Positions 25,505 through 38,689 are shown, numbered from the whole stretch's first letter. The stretch: 63,735 nucleotides of DNA, filler included, from Octopus bimaculoides (GCF_001194135.2; 11 parts of 11 records of this genome joined end to end with filler, not necessarily neighbours in it), one strand, 5' to 3'. Notes: generated from the letters alone by a model not told the origin. Translations and numbers: made by a program.

Positions 25505-25690
25505 CTTCCGGTTATTAAAGTTCTGAGTTCAAATTCGGTTGAGGTCAACTTTTCCTTTCATCCTTTCTGGGGTTGATAGAATATAGTACCAGTCAAATAT
25601 TGGGGGGGTCGATAGTCTCGACTCACCCACGCCACCCTCCCACTCCACCACTTCAAAATCGCTACCGTTGTGTCTTAATTAGAAACAATN
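25505..25690 (+). mobile_element. SINE family 2, 5'-partial
   Basis: gttctgagttcaaattcggttgaggtcaacttttcctttcatcctttctggggttgatagaa... Confidence 0.75.
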
Positions 25691-25789
25691 NNNNNNNNNN
25701 NNNNNNNNNNNNNNNNNNNNNNNNNNNNNNNNNTTAATTAATTAANNNNNNNNNNNNNNNNNNNNNNNNNNNNNNNNNNNNNNNNNNNN

Positions 25790-25834
<45 letters not shown>

Positions 25835-25959
25835 TGAGTGCATGTATTTCGTTGATGTAATTCTAGTTTTGTCGGTCCTCGAGGAAAACTGAATGTAATC
25901 CGTTGACAGCGATCATTTAAGTAAAAAGCATACAATTTTTCTTTATTAATTAGTCGGAA

Positions 25960-26070
25960 GGAAAGGAGGTGACGGTGGTAAATACTTACGTCTCTTTTAT
26001 ACGTTCTGAGTTCAAATCCAGTTGAAGTCAACATGGCGCTTCATCTTTCCGGGTTTCGATAATATAAGTG
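25960..26070 (+). mobile_element. SINE family 2 fragment
   Basis: cttttatacgttctgagttcaaatccagttgaagtcaac...catctttccgggtttcgataa. Confidence 0.6.
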
Positions 26071-26349
26071 TAGAAGACAAACTCGTATTGTTTCTGTATT
26101 ATTTATTTCTTTATTGAAATTATTGCTAAGGATGCTGCTATCATCAATCTTTAGGATCAATGGTTGAAAAGTGGTTCTTTGTCAAATGTTAAATATAACA
26201 GCATTCTTTTGGAGATGTGTTTCACGTTTTTTGAAGTTTCAACCGTCGTTTGCAGTCGTTCTTTGCTCATGTAAGTTTATAAAATATTTTTGCCTTTATT
26301 GCAACACAAACATTGCTGCTGCTGCTGATAGCAATAAAATTATCGTTAA

Positions 26350-26560
26350 TCTTTTACTTGCTTCAGTCACCAGATTGCAGCCATGCTGGGGCAACATCTG
26401 AAAGGTTTTAGTCGAACAAATCGACCCCAGAACATTACTTCAAATATGGTATTTATTCTATCGACTTCTGGCCGAACCGATAAGTTACAGCAACGTAAAC
26501 AAACCAACACTGGTTGTCAATCTGCGGAGGGGGACAAGCACAAGCACATACACACACATA
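26350..26560 (-). mobile_element. SINE family 1, 3' half
   Basis: ttttacttgcttcagtcaccagattgcagccatgctggggca...ggttgtcaa. Confidence 0.8.
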
Positions 26561-26898
26561 CATGTGTGCGTGCGTGCACGTGTGTATGNNNNNNNNNNNN
26601 NNNNNNNNNNNNNNNNNNNNNNNNNNNNNNNNNNNNNNNNNNNNNNNNNNNNNNNNNNNNNNNNNNNNNNNNNNNNNNNNNNNNNNNNCGCGAGTTATCA
26701 ATGATAAAGTCACAAAGCTTCAGAAGTCAAAAAGTCTCCTCTTGAAACAGATTGTGAGACTTTTGGTTAATGGTGATTCGTTATCAGCATTAAGTATTTT
26801 ATCTTACGCATTAAGCATACATAACTTACACACATACATACACACATATACATACATATAGCTACATATAGAAACATACGCATATAAATACATACATA

Positions 26899-27346
26899 CC
26901 GGAAGGATAATCCCGAGGATAAAGAAATAAGAACCCACAATATGGTAGAAGCCATAGCCACTCATGATAAAAAGGAATACTGGTAGAATGTACCAGTGAA
27001 GACCTCAACAAATATAAGCACAACAGACCTGATATAATGATTTGGGATAGAGAAGAGAAACTGTGCACAGTTGTAGAAATTAGCAGCTCAGTGGATGTTA
27101 ACATAAAGCTGAAGATCAGTGAAAAAGAGAACACCTATGCTGAACTATTGAGAAATCTGCAGTTACTCTATCCAGACTACAAGTTCAGGTTTATACCTGT
27201 AATTATTGGGGCCCTGGGATATGTAATACACTGCCTAAATACCAATCTTGAGAAATTAGGCTTCTCAAAACCAGAAAGGGGAAAGATGATTTGAAGACTA
27301 CAGATCCAATCCATCACTGGAACTCTAAAAATCTGTAAAACTTTCC
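26899..27346 (+). mobile_element. R4/Dong-like non-LTR fragment, restriction-like endonuclease domain
   Basis: KEYW*NVPVKTS / KHNRPDIMIWDREEKLCTVVEIS...KISEKENTYAEL...FIPVIIGALG...QIQSITGTLKICK, a PD-(D/E)xK-type RLE motif. Confidence 0.9.
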
Positions 27347-27425
27347 CTTTTGCCGAACCGTTAAATTACGGGGACGTAAACACACCAACAAACGATGGTG
27401 GGGTGGGGACAAACACAGAACACGC
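27346..27425 (-). mobile_element. SINE family 1 fragment interrupting the R4-like piece
   Basis: cttttgccgaaccgttaaattacggggacgtaaacacaccaac. Confidence 0.75.
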
Positions 27426-29335
27426 ATACTTTCATACATTATATATATCTATATCTATCTCTCTCTCTATATATGTATGTATATATACGACAAACTTCTT
27501 TCAGTTTGTGGTGGTGGTGATTTCTTTTATTCGCCGCAGGTGCATCAGATGAGGAAGACATTACAAGGACAGTTTACAATTTGTGAGGTGTTTTATATAA
27601 AGAGATGAAATGAGGGAAAGGAAAGGAGGGGAAAATGAAAGAAGAAATATTTAAATCCATGCAAAATATACAAATGTATAGACAATAGTTTGCGTGGTTT
27701 GCAAAGACACAAAAAACCCCCCAAAAAACTGCAGTTTTTTAATCAGAAAGAAAAGAATTTTGTGCAATGGTTTATAATTATGTTCTTATAGTCTTCTANN
27801 NNNNNNNNNNNNNNNNNNNNNNNNNNNNNNNNNNNNNNNNNNNNNNNNNNNNNNNNNNNNNNNNNNNNNNNNNNNNNNNNNNNNNNNNNNNNNNNNNNNN
27901 NNNNNNNNNNNNNNNNNNNNNNNNNNNNNNNNNNNNNNNNNNNNNNNNNNNNNNNNNNNNNNNNNNNNNNNNNNNNNNNNNNNNNNNNNNNNNNNNNNNN
28001 NNNNNNNNNNNNACCACCACCACCACCACCGCCGCCGCCATTGCACACTCTTGACATTTACCGCCCTGTTGTGAATTCACAACGATTCTGGGAGTGAAAA
28101 ACAATAACCCACAGGTTCCCACTGACCTAGTCACCACGGCAACGACCAATCAGAAAAGAGAACCACAGCCTGCAACACTGTACTAATTATTGTGAATGAC
28201 AACATCTGAAAACATGGCGTCGCCCACGTCACTGATATATTTAGAAAATGTTTTGATCTAAATACAAATGTTTTTTTTTTTATCATGATCTCGTTAAAAG
28301 TTGGTTGGTGACCGGTGGGTAAGAATTGAAAAAGGTCTAAATTCATGAATCGGATAAATATTCAAATGTTATTTAGAAAGTAAAGAAACAATTTGCGTCC
28401 ATATTAAATGCAGTCTGAATATTTACTTTTAGTCAGGAGAGAAGACGACAGTTTCCGTAACTCATCAATTGAGGCTTCCAAGGGGGAATGATGAGTGGGT
28501 GGGGGAGAAGGGAAAGGGTCGGTGGTGGAGAGGAACCTGACTCGAATGCTTAGAACAAAATGGACTCCATTGATGACACTCAAGATAGCACCAGCGTTGG
28601 GCATATTACATCGGCTGACGGGTGAAGTGTACCAGCCATGGACACCATGGAGGGATTTGAGTTCAGAAAGAAAAGAAACGGAATAAATACTGCAACATAA
28701 TCCATCCATGGCGTTCATACAGTAACGCTAATTCACAGCCCTTGATTGGGGGCTTTCTTTTTGCCTTTTTCTTCTATCGACCCCGAAAGAATAACAAAAT
28801 TGACATGGCTGGGATTTGAACTCAGTGCGGTGCAGAGAATCGGAATAAAGCACGACTCATATTTTAATCCCGAAAACAAGATATTGTTCTTAAAAATATA
28901 TTATTTCTGTTAAAGCATTAGATTGTGTCGACAGTATTAATTTGCCCCTCTCCTCAAAATTTCTGACGATGTGCTTGGTTTAGAAACAGTTATGTAAATG
29001 ACTTGTGTGTGCGCGCGTGCGCGTTTGACTTATCAGATGGCAATTGAATGCATGTCAAGAGGCTGTTTGTCAACTTACAGTCCAATTGTCAATACTGTCA
29101 TACTTACCAAGCTGGTTTAGAGGTTTCAAACACAATCGCCTGATCTCATCTCTTCACTAAAGAACTGGGTTAGGGATGTTTTTAGCACCCCCCCCCACTC
29201 AACTCCAGGGGTGAGTGGTGGTAGAAATAATTATAAGTCGCCTGTTATTCAAAACACACGTGTGCGCGCGCTCACACACACACACACACGCACGCACACA
29301 CACTTACACACGCGCGCAAACACACACGTATGACA

Positions 29336-29494
29336 GAATTCTTTCAGTTTGCGTCTCCCAAATTCATTCTAAAGACTTTGGTCGGGTCGAGGTCATGGTA
29401 AAGGTACTTGCCGAAGGTCCGATGCAATGGGACTGAACCTGGAACCATGTGGTTGGGAAGCAAGCTTCTTACCACACAGCCAACTTGCGTCTAT
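29336..29494 (-). mobile_element. SINE family 1, 5' half
   Basis: gggactgaacctggaaccatgtggttgggaagcaagcttcttaccacacagcc. Confidence 0.8.
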
Positions 29495-29851
29495 ACGTAC
29501 CTACATACATACATACATACTAACACATACATATATATATACATACGTACGTACTTATGTTTACATACATACGTACGTACGTATATATNNNNNNNNNNNN
29601 NNNNNNNNNNNNNNNNNNNNNNNNNNNNNNNNNNNNNNNNNNNNNNNNNNNNNNNNNNNNNNNNNNNNNNNNNNNNNNNNNNNNNNNNNNNNNNNNNNNN
29701 NNNNNNNNNNNNNNNNNNNNNNNNNNNNNNNNNNNNNNNNNNNNNNNNNNNNNNNNNNNNNNNNNNNNNNNNNNNNNNNNNNNNNNNNNNNNNNNNNNNN
29801 NNNNNNNNNNNNNNNNNNNNNNNNNNNNNNNNNNNNNNNNNNNNNNNNNNN

Positions 29852-29884
<33 letters not shown>

Positions 29885-29899
29885 GATGCATGTATAAAT

Positions 29900-30310
29900 A
29901 ATACAAAATGGGACAAGAATACAAACATCCGGACAGTTAGGTGATACAAAAATGGGACAACAAAACATCCAGAGAGACGATACAAAGACGAGTCATTCGA
30001 AGTTTTCTTTCCTCAGTCGAGTTCCAGATTATCTTCGCAATTTCGACTGATTATACTCGAGGTTGCTTCAATCTGGCCAGTCCCAAGGAAAAACTAAGCT
30101 AAGAGCATTAGATTCTTTGGAAGAAAACACCGAAAGTATACAAAAACAAGGACGGGAAAAAAATGGACAACGTTACACAAATATAATAAAAATAATAACA
30201 GGACATGACAACAGGTGTCTTTCGACTAAGGACGAATTAAATTAAGCTGGCGTGTGTAGAAAGAAAGCCTTATGACGGGGATACAAGATTTCACAGGCAC
30301 AGGGGGGAAT
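29900..30310. repeat. Dispersed repeat of unknown class (homologous to 1-120)
   Basis: Second copy of the 1-120 sequence within a longer unit. Confidence 0.65.
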
Positions 30311-31184
30311 ATCGATGTGCACAGACAATATATGTATGTATGCATGTATGTATGTATGTATGTGTGTGTGTGGGGCGGGGGGAGAATTTGTCTTGCTGTT
30401 TGAAAATACTCCTGAATCAAACAACAAAATAAATTCTCCTGTATTTTTTCCTGCGTGGGAATACATTTCTTCTCTCCATATAGGCGCAGGCGTAGCTGTT
30501 TAGTAAGAAGCTTGCTTCCACTTTATCGTTATTCAGTTGGATTGTTGGTTTTCTTGGCAGTGCGACGTTTTTCTCTTGTGTAATGGAGGGGCGTCGAGCG
30601 ATGAGTTGTGAGGAGTTATATTCTTCCTTAAAATTTGAGTCATCTGAGAAGGAATTAGGGGAATGTTTAAAAAAGATAGACAAAGAGATGGGGAATAAAA
30701 ACTATGCAGCGACGGCGGCTAAGGGAAGAATTGAAGAAGTAAATCTGAAGGAGTTGAGCGAGTTCAAGGAAACGCTTGAAAGGGAGGCGAACGATGTGAA
30801 TGTGGCCTGGCTGGTGGCCAACAGCCATCGTCAGCACAGCAACTGCCCGACCTTAAACTCTACTAGACAAAGGACTTATAGTTACAAAAAAGAGTAGAAC
30901 ACATTTATGGCCTAATTATTTTGCATAATTTAAGCAAATATGAGTTAAGAAAGATAGGGTAAAGTAGCGAATGGCATGTATCCGAACAACGTAGACAAAT
31001 AGAGATCTATCAAATATCATACAATTATCCTCGTCTCTCCAGGATGTGTCATAACCACCAAATGGCAATTAAGGTCAGCTCTACATAAAAGGGGGAGATA
31101 ATTGCAACAATTAAGCATTCTCGAAAGCTGGTATGTAATCGGATGTGATGCTCCGCATGGCCGTGACCCAATCACTGAAATAAT

Positions 31185-31470
31185 CTTTTGCTTATTTCAG
31201 TCATTGGACTACGGCCATGCTGGGGCACCGCCATGAATGGTTTTAATCAAGCAACTCGACCCCAACGCTTATTTCTTAAGTCTGCTACTTATCCTATCGG
31301 ACACATTTACCGAACCGCTAAGTTATGTGGACAAAAACAAACCAAAACTGATTGTCAAGCGATGGAGGAAGGGGGACAAAACGCATACACACATTGGGCA
31401 GCCCGAGGCCATCGTGCAAGTGTGCCGCGCAGAGGAACTGAACCCAAAGCCACACAGCTATGCCTGCTTG
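31185..31470 (-). mobile_element. SINE family 1, diverged copy
   Basis: tttcagtcattggactacggccatgctggggcaccgcc...gattgtcaagcgatgg...ggaactgaacccaaagccacacagc. Confidence 0.75.
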
Positions 31471-31475
31471 CGCCT

Positions 31476-31650
31476 GTAATGCTTAGAAATGTTTCAAATT
31501 TCGGCACAAGGCCAGCAATTCTAGTGGGGAAGGGTTAATCGATTAGTTGACCTCAGCGCTATTTGAACTCAGAATGTTTAGTTACGAGTCGAAAATAAAG
31601 TTGTTATGCGTTTTGTCCGGCACGCTAAAATTCTGGCAACTCATCGCTTT
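31476..31650 (-). mobile_element. SINE family 2, internally deleted
   Basis: ggcacaaggccagcaatt...atttgaactcagaat...gcgttttgtccggcacgctaaaattctggcaactc. Confidence 0.75.
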
Positions 31651-33439
31651 CAAGTCAGCAAAATGACTGGAATAGGCTTCTATTGTATCTCATTGTTCAG
31701 TCATGTTTATCTAGGTACATCTCTCTCTCTCTCACTTTTTTTTTGTCGATTAATCTAGAAACTGGAAGAAGTGACATTTTGTTTCTCTTTCTTCTTTTGG
31801 TTTCTTAAAAAGAAATAAACCTGAACGGCGAAAATAAAAGAAATCGCTTTAACTTTTAGGTTTTGTTTCGTTTTACTTTGTTCGGTAATATCTCCATTTA
31901 AAGTGACGTCATGTAGCCATGTGACCTCCCTTCAGCTTCAAACCAAATAAGGTAAGTCGACGTCTATTTGTCAACCTTGGACCACGTGGCTAACACAACT
32001 TTTTTAGCGGTTCTTTAACTTTCTTCTCTTCCTTCTCCCTCCCACTACTTCTCTCAATCTTTCTCCTTTTTTTCCTCGACCTCTCTCCCTCCTCCTCCTT
32101 CTCCATTTCCTCTTTTTGTCTGCTTAACCTTACTCCTTTTCTTTCTCCCTCTCCTCCCCCTCCTTCATGATCCTTCACTCTGTCACTCACTTTATCCAAA
32201 CTTTTCTTTCTTTCCTTACTTAAAACCCGTTCACTATTTACTCTCGTTTTTTACTCCTGCTCTATTGCTCTTCTTCACTCACTGTCGGTTACTTCAAACT
32301 TATTTTCTTCTCTCTCCTGTTACATTTAAACCCGGTAAGTTTTACCAACATCCTTATCAAATGTTATTACTTATACTCTGTCATTCCATATCATTACATG
32401 TCCCATTCATGTTACTTTATCCGTCTCCCCCGTGGCGATATTAATGAAATCGGGTGATCTTTGATTATAACGTACCACGCACAAATAATTAGTTTGGAAA
32501 TCGTTATTTGGCAATGAAGCAATTTTAGGGATTATTATTATTATTATTATTATTGCAGTAGTAGTAGAACGAAAACAAATTAGTAACTATTCTCTGTTGG
32601 GGGTCTTATACATCTCTCATCTAATTGTATGCTTTTCATGAAATTGAATTATTTTAATTTTGTCTATTCTTGGTCTTCCCTCATTTTTCCTGACCCCTCA
32701 ACATTCAATATACTGTTCCATTTCATACAACCCACCCCGCACCACCAATAATTCTTCTTTTCATTGGTAATGCTTTCCCCCCTCCCTTCCACCTCCATTC
32801 GTCTCCTTTGTCACAACAAAGAAATGATCTTCTATTTTATTTCGTTCTTGAAAAAATGATAACATAAAGATGACTTTTTTCTCCCTTATTGTTTCCCTTA
32901 AGATTATTTAAACGACGGTTGTTCATGTTTTCTCTCTGTTTATTGTTATTGTTTATCAACTCTGCTCTTTGTTTACAATTTCTTTTGTTCAACGTGCTGA
33001 GAGAGAAACGTCACAGAATAATAATAATGTTTAAATGAACAGCACTGAACAACCAGGACAACCCGAAATAACTAAATTTAACTGGAATGTCTGAGTGTGT
33101 ATGGGAGTATCTGTGAGTGAGTGTATATTTGTATATAAAACTCTGAGATCTGATGTGTCGGAGTCCTTTGTTTATCCGTCATCCGATGTGCAGAGAGAGG
33201 GGGGATGTACTTTTTTTAAAACTTATTCATACATAAAATATTAATACAACCAACAAACTCAAGCAAGTAAAGCGTGTGTGTGAATATAAAAAATAAAGAT
33301 TTTAAACTCTATAACTTTACCGCCCTTGTTTTATGTCTGTATGTGTAGACAAAACAAAATACATACACGCTCCTATGTGTGTGTATATATATTTCTGACG
33401 CAGGCTCGGAAGTTGTATACATGTGTGTGTGTGTCTCTG

Positions 33440-33473
<34 letters not shown>

Positions 33474-34694
33474 CACCTCGCTTTTAGAATGGTTTTTGGA
33501 TAATACCATACTATATTCTGGTGCCTAAACATAAATACCATATTCAATTTTGAATCTAAATCTAAATCTATATATATATATATCCTTTATAATTTAAATA
33601 CGAATTAGTAAGTTAATTACATACAGGCCCTTTTTTCTTTCAATTTTCTAAGGACGGATCACAATATATATATATATATATATATATANNNNNNNNNNNN
33701 NNNNNNNNNNNNNNNNNNNNNNNNNNNNNNNNNNNNNNNNNNNNNNNNNNNNNNNNNNNNNNNNNNNNNNNNNNNNNNNNNNNNNNNNNNNNNNNNNNNN
33801 NNNNNNNNNNNNNNNNNNNNNNNNNNNNNNNNNNNNNNNNNNNNNNNNNNNNNNNNNNNNNNNNNNNNNNNNNNNNNNNNNNNNNNNNNNNNNNNNNNNN
33901 NNNNNNNNNNNNNNNNNNNNNNNNNNNNNNNNNNNNNNNNNNNNNNNNNNNNNNNNNNNNNNNNNNNNNNNNNNNNNNNNNNNNNNNNNNNNNNNNNNNN
34001 NNNNNNNNNNNNNNNNNNNNNNNNNNNNNNNNNNNNNNNNNNNNNNNNNNNNNNNNNNNNNNNNNNNNNNNNNNNTATTGTGATCCGTCCTTAGAAAATT
34101 GAAAGAAAAAAGGGCCTGTATGTAATTAACTTACTAATTCGTATTTAAATTATAAAGGGACCCTGAATCATATAATTTCAAGGATTCTCCCTTGTTCGTT
34201 CAGAGTCGAAGCATTGTTAATCGCTCCATTGATCCTTTCTCCTTGTACTGGTTGGTAGTCTCTCGATCTGATATGGATCTTGGACTTCTTCTGGCCGACT
34301 GTTATTTAACATCAATTTAATAATAGTCTTCTGAAAAATGCATTTTTTCATAGTGAGGTGCAATTCTGCATTTCGTGTGAACGAAAGGCATCGCAAGCTG
34401 ATCTTTCGATATAAGTACGTAAAATGGCCAACAAAGGCTCAGCAGGCGTTGTTCTGTTGTGTATTTGCGATATATCTTGCATTCAACATTATTTCTCCCC
34501 TGTTAAATATGTTTTGCGTCCTGGATTTTAATGAACGATTTTGCAAATGAATCTCTTCGGTAATTGGCGAAAAATTGGTTAATGGTTGTTGTGGCTTCCA
34601 CTACACACACCTTTTTCAGTATCTGCACCTGATCTTAGCTGAAATAATTGCTAGATCCTTTTTACAAAGCAATAAATTTATCTTGCAAAGATAC

Positions 34695-34935
34695 TCTTTT
34701 ACTTGTTTCAGTCATTTGACTGCGGCCATGCTGGAGCACCACCTTTAGTCGAACAAATCGACTTAAGACTTTCACTTTGGGTTACTATATAGTTTAAGAC
34801 CTGGTCACGAAAACAAAACTATATATTAACCATTCTTTGTAGTACTTATTCTATCAGTTTCTTTTGTCGAACCGATAAGTTACAGGGACGTAAACACCAA
34901 CATTGATTGTTAAGCAATGGTTGGACGACAAACAC
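34695..34935 (-). mobile_element. SINE family 1, 3' half with an insertion of about 55 bp
   Basis: Family 1 3' domain interrupted at about 34774-34830 by unrelated AT-rich sequence. Confidence 0.8.
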
Positions 34936-35839
34936 ACACACATATATGTGTGTATGTGTATATANNNNNNNNNNNNNNNNNNNNNNNNNNNNNNNNNNNN
35001 NNNNNNNNNNNNNNNNNNNNNNNNNNNNNNNNNNNNNNNNNNNNNNNNNNNNNNNNNNNNNNNNNNNNNNNNNNNNNNNNNNNNNNNNNNNNNNNNNNNN
35101 NNNNNNNNNNNNNNNNNNNNNNNNNNNNNNNNNNNNNNNNNNNNNNNNNNNNNNNNNNNNNNNNNNNNNNNNNNNNNNNNNNNNNNNNNNNNNNNNNNNN
35201 NNNNNNNNNNNNNNNNNNNNNNNNNNNNNNNNNNNNNNNNNNNNNNNNNNNNNNNNNNNNNNNNNNNATATATATATATATAATAATTTTTAAAAATTGG
35301 TCTAATAGAATCTCAATATTTTACCGCTGAGGGGTGGAGGGTTCCTCTAGGTTATAAGAATTGATGTAGAAATATATTTTCCAATGTCTTGCACATTAGT
35401 CAGTAGGGTGGATTAACGAGAGATGGCTGCTGTTTCTGACAGGTTGGTCGACCACCTGGAGGCTCCTTGCCTGTATAATATGTATTATACCACTCGACCT
35501 ATATATATATATATGTACGTATATATGCATATACTCACATATTATTTGTATTATTATACATACATATACCTATAATAACAACATGCTTTCGTGGGTGTTG
35601 AAGTGTTGCGGCAAACGAGGTGACTGGCGAGGTTTGCTTGTCTGTTAGTCGTAGATTGTCCCAGTATATAACAAATTAAGTGACATGAACAGCGTGAGAA
35701 TTCTCCTCCCATTTATAAAAACTCGCTTCACTCTCTGTTAACATAGAATAAAGAAACTTTCTTTCGTCTCCTTTCACCGTTTTAATGCTAATATAATAAC
35801 AGTAATGTATGTCATGTTAATACAAGCGTGTACAGACAC

Positions 35840-35965
35840 TTACTGTATAGTTAAGAAGCTCACTTTATAACCCACGTAATTTGGGTTCAATCCCATTGCG
35901 CGGCGCTTAGGGTAAGTGTCATCTACTAAAGCTCCGGGCCGACCAGTGTCTTATGGGAAAATTTT
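35840..35965 (+). mobile_element. SINE family 1, diverged 5' half
   Basis: gggttcaatcccattgcgcggcgcttagggtaagtgtcatctactaaagctccgggccgacc. Confidence 0.7.
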
Positions 35966-36559
35966 GACATTTTGTTTCCCTTCCCCAACCTGTACCCTTC
36001 CCATGAGGTATGGACATTCGCAGCACACCAGCCAGTCCCCAAATTTCGCCTTACCCTTTCACCTTTTAATACATTCTTCGTTTGGTACAAAGAAATGGTT
36101 GTTTCCATTTACTTGAAATCTCTCCTGTTTCAGATTTACTTCTTTGAGTGGGGCAGGAGTATTTTCACTGGCACCGATACACATAGGATGGGCTTCCATA
36201 GTTTCCGTCAGCTAAATTTTTCTGAAGCCCTTAGTCAACCGGAAGGTTAATACATTTTCCAAAGGATACTGGTTTCATTTCAGAGCCCCAAAGTAGATTT
36301 TTTTTTCCCGGTCAAAGTTTGTTTTTTGAGGGCAAAAAGTCGAATGCGATTACAGAAAGGTTTAAATTTTACAGAAAAGTCGGAAATCTTTCGGTATTAG
36401 TAGACAACGTCATTCAGTCAATCAACATTCCCTAGGCTAGGCTGAAAAAAAAAGAGTGAACGATGTCGTCTTCTAAAACCTGAAGATCGTCTAATTGTCT
36501 CATCTATCTGCTGTTAATGGTTCTCTATCCTGTTAACATTCAATACACTTTTGGTGATT

Positions 36560-36860
36560 AATTTTGCCATTCTTAAGAACCCAGTACTGTAACAGCTTGG
36601 TTTTCAAGGGTCCACAATTATTCCATATTCTGCCAAACAACCTCAGAGATTTGCAAGGTGTAAATGCGGAGGTCTTCAAAGAGCGTCTGGAGAAATTTCT
36701 CTCTGAAATATCAGATGAAACCACATGAAAACAGGAGGCACAAAGAACAGCAGCTTCACCCAACTCGCTCTTTCACCAAAAACCGTACAGAAAAGAAACC
36801 TAAACACGCTGAAAGGCAGTACTCCAGCATGGCCCCAGCCTCTGGCTGAAACCAGTGAAC
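36560..36860 (+). mobile_element. 3' end of a CR1/L2-like LINE including its 3' tail
   Basis: RTQYCNSLVFKGPQLFHILPNNLRDLQGVNAEVFKERLEKFLSEISDE, followed by a tail (36812-36859) homologous to the SINE family 1 tail. Confidence 0.85.
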
Positions 36861-38689
36861 GATATGTGATGGATCTTGGTTAATCCTGACGATGTCACAT
36901 TAACCGTTTTTATAGGACTTCATCAATATTCTTCCTGGTTGCTTTCATTACTTAACAATTTTGATTTTGTAGGGAAATACTCAGTTTTAGATAACAGAAA
37001 GGATGAAACGTGGCACAGTGTCACACAGTGGCATGAAACCCGGAACTATCAACATGTTTCTATGTGAACTTAAGGTTCAAGCATGACTTTAATATAATAA
37101 AATTGTTGTTGTTGGTATTTTTGTCCAAACCGTCTGCAGGTTCCCATGGTCATTGTTCTTTCAACTACAATTACTTCTATTTTTGAATCCGACAAATTTC
37201 TCACGTTAAGTAAACCACGAGATTTTGTATGAAGTTGTAGAAACGTGATCCAACCAGAAGCTTCTTTTAGGTGCTCATTTGTCTTGCTAGAAATAACAGA
37301 ATTCCTTTTAAACTATTGATTACTAAAGGAAAGACAGGTTAATATAAAAACAAAGCAGGAATGGTTGTGGTTGAAACGCTGCTGATTATCAATTGGAAAT
37401 TATTATTGTTTAGAACTAAACAATAATTTGTAGAAACACCAACTGGAAGATGATGATGATGCTTGAAATATTTTTGCCCCCAAAATCCCTTCTTTCTCCT
37501 TTGAGAATGCTCACTTTATTCTGGGCTTAAATCAAGATTCAATACCTGTTTAAATCAGGGTTGATAATTCTTTAATTTCAAATCTTTGATTTGCTCCTTT
37601 TCTTTTTCTTTCTCTTCGCTCAATATTTCAACTCAAAAAGAGGGAGAAAGTGAAATTATTGAAGGGCTGAAAAGCAAGGCAGCAAAATTTTCAGCAACTT
37701 TCCACATGTTTTCTAATTCCTTGAATGCAATGTTGTAAAGGAAAGTCACAGCTGGGGCTGTGCCTTCATTTTTATTGTTCTCTCTCTCTCTCTCTAAGAG
37801 AGAAGTGTTCTTTTTTATGAGGTGTCAAGAACTTGTAAGAAATTATTTAGAATTAAAAATCAAAGCATTGTGTTGCTGTAGAATTAATTGCAAATGGGAT
37901 TATATTCTACTGCAGGGTGCACACACACACACACACACAAACACACTCCCCCCCCCTCTCTCAACTATATATATATGAGTTTTCAAACGAGAGTACACAT
38001 CTTCAAGGGTCTGCTAGGAATAATTATGGAAGTATAATCACAAGCAACTAATTTTCAATCGTACTCAGATTTAGTAAATAATATTTATAGAACCAATTCT
38101 TTGTTTGAAAGTAAATATAATAAACAAATGACACTGTTTTTATGATTGTCTCCAACCATTTTACAATATATTCTTCTCTCAAAGGTGACGCCAACACGTG
38201 ATGTGTGGCTATGCTGGGAGAATGGTATAAATGCTTTAAACATTGACTCTACCTTCACATCAGACCTTTGTTAGACAAGATGCAGTCAGTCTCTGGTTTT
38301 AAAAACATTTTGCTTTCGCTTTTGGCACTCGGTGAGAAAACCTCAATGTATCCGCATTCCACAGTATTGAATACGGAAATAACGAGATTGTGTCATTCTA
38401 GAAGAGGTGATATGAGTGGAACTTCTTTCATGGTCTAGAATCCTCTGGGGTTGCAGCAACCCTGAGGTCAAATTTTGTTGCTTCTTACAAATATAATCCT
38501 TCATTTCAAGAGACAAATCTTGACTTAGGAGTTATCTGATCTATGTTAAAAGATGCCATGATTAATTATTATTCATAAAGCTAACAAAGAAGGGACCCTT
38601 TTGATTGCCTTGTTAGAAATAGCAGTTAAAATTTTGATCAAATTGAAGTCCATCGTCTAAACCAAGATTTATCAAGCAATTTTTTTTTT

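Noticed and set aside
34180-34690. Non-repetitive stretch with partial coding-like frames on the minus strand
   Set aside because: Multiple stops in all frames and no recognisable motif; it cannot be assigned.
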